A DNA stretch of 64,000 nt, taken from NCBI GenBank assembly GCA_963169055.1, contig CAUJFU010000312.1, positions 4,179-68,178 of the forward strand, in the 5' to 3' direction. The stretch is from Myxococcota bacterium (GTDB lineage: Bacteria > Myxococcota_C > UBA6777). Position numbers and translations under genes: made by a program. Positions within the stretch are counted from its first letter, which is position 1, and the number at the start of each line of letters is the position of its first letter. Below are positions 57,977 through 64,000 of this stretch, in pieces. The notes under the pieces were generated by a model, which searched no databases, had not been told where the DNA came from, and worked only from the letters and a program-made list of their open reading frames with translations.

Positions 57977-59359
57977 ATGATCCTCGCCATGCAAGTCAAA
58001 GAAGTCCACAACCACCCCAACGCCGACACCTTGCGCGTCTATGTCTTTGGCGCGCCCAACCACGCGGATACACAGATCGTCGCAAACAACGAGAATCTGT
58101 ACAACGTGGGCGATGTGGTCGCGGTGGCGTTGGTCGGAGCGGTGCTTGCGGACGGAACCAAGCTCCGCAAAGCCCGCTTACGCGGCGTGGAATCTTTTGG
58201 AATGGCGATGGGGCCGACCGATCAGCCTGTCGGGTCGGATCTTTCGGCACAATACGGAGCGAACACCACTCCGCCCCCCACAGCACCGAGCGAAGCAGTC
58301 GCTGCGTTGCCCACCGATATCGATCTAATCAAGTGGCCGAGTATCGAGCATCTTCATCACCTGATCGCCTCGTTTCAAAAAGAAAGCGAAGTCTTTGGGG
58401 ACGCTTATGTGATGCCCAAGATCCCTTACCGCGCCAAAGTCAAACTGGACGGAACCAACGCCGCCGTGCAGATGCGCGCAGATGGCCGATGTATCGCCCA
58501 ATCGCGCTCTCGCCTGATCCACCCCCAAGAAGATAACCTCGGATTTGCCGCATGGCTCGAACTACACAAAGACTACTTCCACGATCTCAACCAACGGCTG
58601 CACCAACAAGCCCCTGTATCGGGTCCGATCTTGTTGTTTGGTGAATGGTGCGGCCAAGGCATCCAAAAACGTACCGCGATCTCCAAGATCCCCAAACGTG
58701 TCTTTGCGATCTTTGCGATTCTATGGGGCGATCCAAGCACAGGGATGGCTCACATCGAGATCGAACCTGAACGCTTACGGGCTTTGATCCCCGCCCACGA
58801 AGATATCCACATCTTGCCGTGGCATGGTGAGACCATCGAGATCGATTTTGCCTCCCAACTCTCGCTCGAACAAGCCGCAGACATCCTCAATGCCCTCGTC
58901 ACATCCGTCGAAACATGCGATCCGTGGGTCGCGGAAGTCTTTGAAACCGAAGGCATCGGCGAAGGCGTTGTGATGTACCCGATCCTTGCGCAAGCGGATC
59001 CGATGTGGCGAACCCGCTGGTCGAGCCTGTTGTTCAAAGCCAAAGGTGAAAAACACCAATCCATCCGCCAAAAAAGCTCTGTACAGCTCAGACCCGAACA
59101 CGTCTCCTCCGTTCAAGCCTTTGTCGATCTCGTCTTGACACCCGCTCGCCTCGAACAAGCACTCCAAGAAGCCTGTGCTGGCCTCGCCGTCCCCGAAAAC
59201 ATCGGAGATTTTCTGCGATGGATCGGCCAAGACGTCAAAAAAGAAAACACCCTCGAAGCCGAAGCCAACGGACTCGATTGGAAAGATATCGCCAAGCCTC
59301 TCTCTCAAACTGCCTTGCGCTGGTTCCAATCACAACTCCCCAAATCTCCCACTCCCTGA
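57977..59359 (+). CDS. ATP-dependent RNA ligase (Rnl2/Rnl5-like nucleotidyltransferase) fused to an N-terminal tRNA-binding OB-fold (Myf/EMAP-like) domain
   Basis: RBS aggag. N-terminus VKEVHNHPNADTLRVYVFGAPNHADTQIVANNENLYNVGDVVAVALVGAVL...LRGVESFGM matches the tRNA_bind signature. Ligase motif I AKVKLDGTN (KxDGxN). EGVVMY (motif IV). LLFKAKG (motif V). Confidence 0.7.
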   Translation: MILAMQVKEVHNHPNADTLRVYVFGAPNHADTQIVANNENLYNVGDVVAVALVGAVLADGTKLRKARLRGVESFGMAMGPTDQPVGSDLSAQYGANTTPPPTAPSEAVAALPTDIDLIKWPSIEHLHHLIASFQKESEVFGDAYVMPKIPYRAKVKLDGTNAAVQMRADGRCIAQSRSRLIHPQEDNLGFAAWLELHKDYFHDLNQRLHQQAPVSGPILLFGEWCGQGIQKRTAISKIPKRVFAIFAILWGDPSTGMAHIEIEPERLRALIPAHEDIHILPWHGETIEIDFASQLSLEQAADILNALVTSVETCDPWVAEVFETEGIGEGVVMYPILAQADPMWRTRWSSLLFKAKGEKHQSIRQKSSVQLRPEHVSSVQAFVDLVLTPARLEQALQEACAGLAVPENIGDFLRWIGQDVKKENTLEAEANGLDWKDIAKPLSQTALRWFQSQLPKSPTP

Positions 59360-59455
59360 TCCCCCCAATTATCCGCTGTTTCTGGATAGGAATGAATTGT
59401 CGCCCCACAAAAAACGCCCCAACACCATGACTCCTATCTTGAACCTGCGCGGCTC

Positions 59456-60049
59456 TTATGATGAGACACGGTGCAAAAGAGGCCCCGCGATTTGTTGTGC
59501 AAACACCCGATAATCAGCGATCACATGATCCGCTCCAAAGTCGTCGTATTCTTGAGCGCCGTCTGCGTAAAAAGCCGTGTCGACGCCTGCACGACGGCCA
59601 CATTCGATATCGAATCGAAAGTCTCCCACAAACAGCATCTCCTTGGGATCGAGTTTCCAAGCCTCCAAAAACCGCAGCAATCCGTCAGGATCGGGTTTGG
59701 GCAACGCATCTTCTCTCGTCAAAACCATCTCGACAGGCAGATCAAAGGCACCCAACACCCGCTGCGTTGCGGCTTTGCAGTTGCGCGTGAAGATCCCCAC
59801 ACGCACTCCCGCCGCCCGAAAAGCCTGCAACATCTCCTGCACCCCTTCCATCAGCCTCGCTCCGCCCGCATAGTCCACTTCCATCTCTTCTAACAAACGC
59901 TCTTTGAGAGCGCGCTCCTCGGGTTCAAGCACAGCAAGATGCTCCAAGATCGGCGCACCTTCGGGGATATCCAAACGCTCCCGTAGTGTCCGAAAGCACA
60001 GCGGAGAATCGATCAAGGTGCCATCCATGTCAAAGACGATCGCTTTCCA
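59456..60049 (-). CDS. HAD-superfamily hydrolase (subfamily IA phosphatase-like)
   Basis: MWKAIVFDMDGTLIDS (DxDxT motif I). FVGD motif. 197 aa. G3/T3-rich codons, as expected for a minus-strand gene in this block. Confidence 0.8.
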   Translation of the reverse strand, partial: WKAIVFDMDGTLIDSPLCFRTLRERLDIPEGAPILEHLAVLEPEERALKERLLEEMEVDYAGGARLMEGVQEMLQAFRAAGVRVGIFTRNCKAATQRVLGAFDLPVEMVLTREDALPKPDPDGLLRFLEAWKLDPKEMLFVGDFRFDIECGRRAGVDTAFYADGAQEYDDFGADHVIADYRVFAQQIAGPLLHRVSS

Positions 60050-60099
60050 CATCCACGACCTCCATCCATCGGGTCTCTTCAGACCTCCGAAGTCAAACA

Positions 60100-60483
60100 T
60101 CACTCTCGGCACTTGGCGATCTCTTGCGCAGACGCCCACTGTACTTCGACCCCGTCGGGCAAATGCGCCGAAAATGCCTTCAACGCCACACGCAACGATT
60201 CGGCTTCTTTACGCCTCGCAACCGAAAACACTACACGCGCAGACGCACAACACAATTTGGGAACCTGCCTCCATGCAGCCACCACACACCAACCCGCAAG
60301 CGGGCCGCGATCATACAACACGGCGAGTTCACTTCGCCTCTTTTCTGCAACCGCCCCCAAAGCTTTTTCATCCAGTCCACCACGACGTCGCATTTGTGCA
60401 ATCTCCTGATCCCCCAAGCCCATCAAATCCGATATCTGTGCCTCCGTCTTGTACGCAACCAATCCGATATCCTGCAAGATCAC
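60100..60483 (-). CDS. Possible small hypothetical protein (127 aa)
   Basis: Open frame filling the 450-bp gap. Codon third positions are G/T-rich, like other minus-strand genes in this block (HAD, argH). Composition is protein-like, but no motifs were found. Confidence 0.3.
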   Translation of the reverse strand: MILQDIGLVAYKTEAQISDLMGLGDQEIAQMRRRGGLDEKALGAVAEKRRSELAVLYDRGPLAGWCVVAAWRQVPKLCCASARVVFSVARRKEAESLRVALKAFSAHLPDGVEVQWASAQEIAKCRE

Positions 60484-60498
60484 TCGTGCGTTGGGTTT

Positions 60499-61872
60499 TT
60501 AAGATCGCAACAAAATCGCCTCTTGGTAAGGCTGGCGATAGATCCCCCGTAGATTCGGAGATATCGCAGTCTGTGCCTCGGTCGCCCTCGTTCCAAACAA
60601 GACCACGCCAAGACACCACAAACCAAGCACACACACTTGCTTGCGAGACGATGCCATCCTTGCCCGCATCGCCCAAAAGACCCAACCACGCGCCATATAC
60701 CCCCATCCCACGCACAAAAGATAAAACTCATACCGATAAAACCATCCCGTCCGCGCCAACAACAGATGCAGGCCCGAGATCCCCATCCACAGCAGCAAAC
60801 CCCAACGCAACAACCGCAACTCTCGCAGCGCCTCTGTTTGACCTTCCTCCAACACCCGCAATCTTGCTTCTTCGCTGCGCAACAACAACAGCAACAATCC
60901 CCCCAAAACAATCAACGACAAGAGCTCGGGTGCTTGACCAAGATTGTCTCCCAAGCGCTCCGCTAAAATAGAAAAGCCTCTTTGCGAAAACACCGCAGAC
61001 GTCGCACCTTTGAGCAAGATCGGATTCGGCAACCCAAAGCCACCTTGCCACACCGACCAAACACCAAACGCCAACACCGGCACGCCCATACACACACCCA
61101 AAGACAACGCACGCCCCAACCGTCGCTGCCCAAGATAGGCCATCCCCGCAACCACCACCAAAATCAAACTCTCATAACGCACCAACCCCACCGACCCCAA
61201 CACCCACCACCCACCCCAAAAAGAATGCTTCTCTACAAAAACCCATGCCTTCGGAGATACAGCACTGCCCGAAAGATCATCGGCCAACTTTTCAACGGCC
61301 AACAGCATCAACAACGCATGAAGCAGATGTTCCAAACCGCACAAGATGACTGCTGGAAAGGCCAGACCTGCTACCCAAAGCCCCCCATACAGCTCACCCC
61401 AAACGCCACGCCACGCGAGTCCTTCCCCTGAAACAACAAAGCGCTGCTTTACCCAAACCAAGATCCACAACGCACACAGCACGTTCAACACAAAAGGCCA
61501 CGCAGCGCCCCCTCCCAAAAGCACCAACAACGATGTCCACAACGGGGAAGACGACGCCGAAGAAAAACTACCTGCGGAGATCCCCCATACGCCTGTGAAA
61601 CGGACATTCTTTGCGATCGCAAGATGGATATACGGGTCATCCAACAGATAAACAAACTCGCCCGCGTTGGCGTAAAACGCCTGAATCATCGGATAGGCCA
61701 GAAGGATCAACAACATACACATCGCAAACAACGGAAAGCTTGACACCAACGAACGCAATCTTTTGGCCAATGCGTACCTCTTCGTCGTGGCGTTTAGGAA
61801 TTGGAAAATGTGCAAAAAGACCGTCCCAAGGGAACGGTTCACCCCATGCTCTGCTTCTTTTGTCCGCCTCAA
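60499..61872 (-). CDS. Polytopic membrane protein, putative GT-C-fold glycosyltransferase
   Basis: At least 10 TM helices. DD motif in the first extracytoplasmic loop (YLLDDPYIHLAIAKN). 4-bp overlap with the upstream metallophosphoesterase gene. Confidence 0.5.
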   Translation of the reverse strand: MRRTKEAEHGVNRSLGTVFLHIFQFLNATTKRYALAKRLRSLVSSFPLFAMCMLLILLAYPMIQAFYANAGEFVYLLDDPYIHLAIAKNVRFTGVWGISAGSFSSASSSPLWTSLLVLLGGGAAWPFVLNVLCALWILVWVKQRFVVSGEGLAWRGVWGELYGGLWVAGLAFPAVILCGLEHLLHALLMLLAVEKLADDLSGSAVSPKAWVFVEKHSFWGGWWVLGSVGLVRYESLILVVVAGMAYLGQRRLGRALSLGVCMGVPVLAFGVWSVWQGGFGLPNPILLKGATSAVFSQRGFSILAERLGDNLGQAPELLSLIVLGGLLLLLLRSEEARLRVLEEGQTEALRELRLLRWGLLLWMGISGLHLLLARTGWFYRYEFYLLCVGWGYMARGWVFWAMRARMASSRKQVCVLGLWCLGVVLFGTRATEAQTAISPNLRGIYRQPYQEAILLRS

Positions 61873-63232
61873 CTTGTTTTGATCACCAAACGATCCACTT
61901 CTTTTCGGCCTTCGACTTCGTGATGCGTCAACGTCAACACCCCTTGCGCATCAAAGTCCAGCAAGGAACATCCAAACCCCCGCTCTACAGCCTTACGCAA
62001 AGGGATCTCTTCGGGAGCATTGGTTTTGAATTCCTCAAGGTGTTCGTCTGGGTTGTAACTCACGGCCCCACCGCACCCATCGACCACATACACCACACCC
62101 TCGACTTCGAAACGCTCGTAGCTATGGTTGTGACCACACATCACCAGCGGAACCTTGTACTGCTTCAACAAGGGATGCACCAATGCCCTCGTATCCATCG
62201 GAGGTTTCGACCGACCAAACGTATAATAAGGCCGATGAAAACCGACCACCGCATAACGCAGATCCGCCGATTGTTCGACCCGCATCAATTCCTCTTTCAA
62301 CCATTTGACTTGCGCAGTACCGTCTTTGTCGAGTCCGTCTTCGCTGTTTAGCGACAAAAAGCGAATCCCACCGTAAGAAAAAGCGTGGTAGTCCGAAGCG
62401 CTGCCCACATCCCCATGCCCACCGAGCAAGCGTTTGTAAAAGACTTCGAACTCGTTCATCCCCTCGTATTCATGGTTTCCAACGCAAAAGTGCATCGGCG
62501 CGCTTCGCATCAACGGCCCGAACACTTGGAACACGCCCGCCCACGTATCCAAAAAGTTGGTTTGATACTGGATATCTCCCCCATGCCAGACCAGATCAGG
62601 CTCTTTTGCTAAAAGCAATTCGGCGGTGCTTTGATGGTGCGGGTACATCGTGTCTGCGATCCATCCGATCCGAAACGGCTGCCCTTTTACAACGGGGGCC
62701 CGAAAAGCGCCCTCTTCTACAGCCCCACCACGACGATTCACCCGCCACCGATAACGCTCCCCTGCCTTCAAACCCTCCAGCCGCACCTCGTGAACAGCGT
62801 AATCCCCGGGTGCATCGCGACGTTCCAACGAAGGATCATTGGCTGGAAACGCTGCTTCGATCTTCTCGATCTTGCCTTTCGATGTCTGTGTCGACACCTG
62901 CTTTTCCCCCAACCACAACGAGACTTCCAATCCTTCTTCGCTTTGCGTCTCAAAACGCAGACGCACCGCTTCCAAACCCATCAGTTGCACATACGGTCCT
63001 TTTGTCAGCGCGATCGATGGCCGCACATCCACCGTCTCCTGCTCACCTGCATCCCCCAGCTTTTCTCCACCGCCCGGCGGCAGGCAACCGCCCACGCCCC
63101 ATAACCCCAATCCCGCCACACCCAGCGCACTCTGCGCCAGAAAAGCTCGACGGCTCCAACGACCTTCTTTGACCTGCTCAGATCGCCCATCCATCGGCTC
63201 TTTTCGCAAGATGTTTTTCTTTTTGCTTGCCA
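61869..63232 (-). CDS. Tat-secreted metallophosphoesterase (purple-acid-phosphatase/calcineurin-like)
   Basis: Start at MASKKKN (63232). Twin-arginine signal GRWSRRAFLAQSALGVAGLGL. Metallophosphatase motifs GDIQY, GNHEY and GHNHSYER. Upstream track residues are read-through. Confidence 0.8.
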
Positions 63233-63406
63233 TCACAAACCCCGTCGCTACACTCTGCCTGTAATCCAGAGACGAAAACACTTCGTCTAGCAGATCGCAA
63301 GAGAGGCCAAAACGCAAGCCTCTCCACCGATGCGCGGCGCTGCTTTGTCCATCACAGCCCCGTGTATCCGTGTGTTTCGTTATCCTCCCCCAACAAAGGA
63401 GTCTCC

Positions 63407-64000
63407 GATGAAATGGCGCGTTCTCTTCCTTGGTCTCGCTCTCTTCGCTTTCCACACCGCAACCTCCCCCAACGCACAAGCCCAAAACGTCGTCGTCGAC
63501 GAAAACGCCCCTGCTGATAACGTCGAACCCGACTCCGTGATCCACCCCTTCCTTACCGTCGAAGGCGTCCAAGTCTTTTACTTCTACGATGCCAACGGAG
63601 CCGTGCGCTACTACTACCTCTCCCCAAACGGCGAGCGCGTCTTCTACCCGTTCGGCTGGCGCCCTTACCGCATCACTGCGGGAACTCGCTTCTTTTTTGA
63701 TCCCGTCCCTTACATCTGGGTTGGGGGCCGTCCCGTCTTCTACTACCAACAAGGCGATCTGTTCCGATACTACGTCCTTGATGGCTCCACCATCCGCTAT
63801 TATCCCCACGCATGGCGCCCTTTTTATCTCGTCGGTGGTGTTCGCACCTTCATCCGCCCTCGCTACATCTATCGCTACAACACTTGGCGCACCTACAACG
63901 TCTATAACCGACCCTACTATCGGCCCAATTACGTCCGCACTCGCTATCGCTATAACCCTGTTCGTCGCTACCGTACCGTTTATCGACCTACACGCGTTTA
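63407..64000 (+). CDS. Secreted Tyr/Arg-rich repetitive protein, 3' end truncated by the window edge
   Basis: RBS aaaggag. Signal peptide MKWRVLFLGLALFAFHTATSPNAQAQN. Repeated YY/RY motifs. No stop before position 64000, so it is absent from the ORF track. Confidence 0.55.

Noticed and set aside
1-64000. CRISPR arrays, rRNA or tRNA genes, and prophage, integrase or transposase genes
   Set aside because: No repeat-spacer periodicity, no tRNA cloverleaf candidates and no recognisable recombinase or transposase ORFs were seen. The dispersed repeats are non-autonomous and carry no ORF.

Overview
High-GC (~58-60%) bacterial chromosomal window with about 45 supportable protein genes and no rRNA, tRNA or CRISPR that I can see. 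Several products (MopE-like metal-binding lipoprotein, 26-aa Cys-rich repeat protein, FHA sigma-54 activator, giant Ser/Thr kinase) are of the kind I associate with Myxococcota or Bradymonadia, but no search was run and this is inference only.

Housekeeping genes:
- addA (partial) and addB, on the minus strand at the window start.
- argH (minus).
- gcvT-gcvH (plus).
- cysK/M (minus).
- radA (plus), carrying an unusual ~180-aa disordered C-terminal tail.
- Split NAD(P) transhydrogenase operon pntAA-pntAB-pntB (minus).
- 7Fe ferredoxin, maleylacetoacetate isomerase plus FAH-family hydrolase, and an SDR (all minus).

Accessory content:
- Three co-directional secreted proteins at 15.2-20.9 kb: two paralogous Ig-like/Cys-rich proteins flanking a lipoprotein with MopE-like CDGxDNDCDG motifs.
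- An ~830-aa secreted protein (39.8-42.3 kb) built from 16 tandem 26-aa Cys-rich repeats.
- A bacterial SET-domain methyltransferase and an acyl-CoA-binding protein at 27.4-29.1 kb.
- A signalling neighbourhood at 48.6-59.4 kb: FHA sigma-54 activator, MFS transporter, Gfo/Idh/MocA-SCP2 fusion, 1500-aa Ser/Thr kinase with NTPase and TPR region, and an RNA ligase fused to a tRNA-binding OB domain.

Non-genic structure:
- A ~130-bp hairpin-rich dispersed repeat (MITE/REP-like), 8 full copies plus one fragment, all intergenic, and a second ~45-bp palindromic repeat in 3 copies.
- Several short tandem repeats, including a 14-bp microsatellite, 34-bp and 38-bp duplications, and a 78-bp x16 coding array.
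- A block-wise flip of synonymous C3 vs G3 codon preference (29.3-35.3 kb and 48.5-51.65 kb behave oppositely to their surroundings), with repeat elements at the block boundaries. This is consistent with repeat-associated inversions.

Many long ORFs in the six-frame track are antisense or out-of-frame shadows of real genes. Track ORF starts that do not begin with ATG use alternative codons (TTG or GTG, e.g. at 46175, 36091, 9304). ORFs running off the window edge (addA, the last gene) are not listed in the track.
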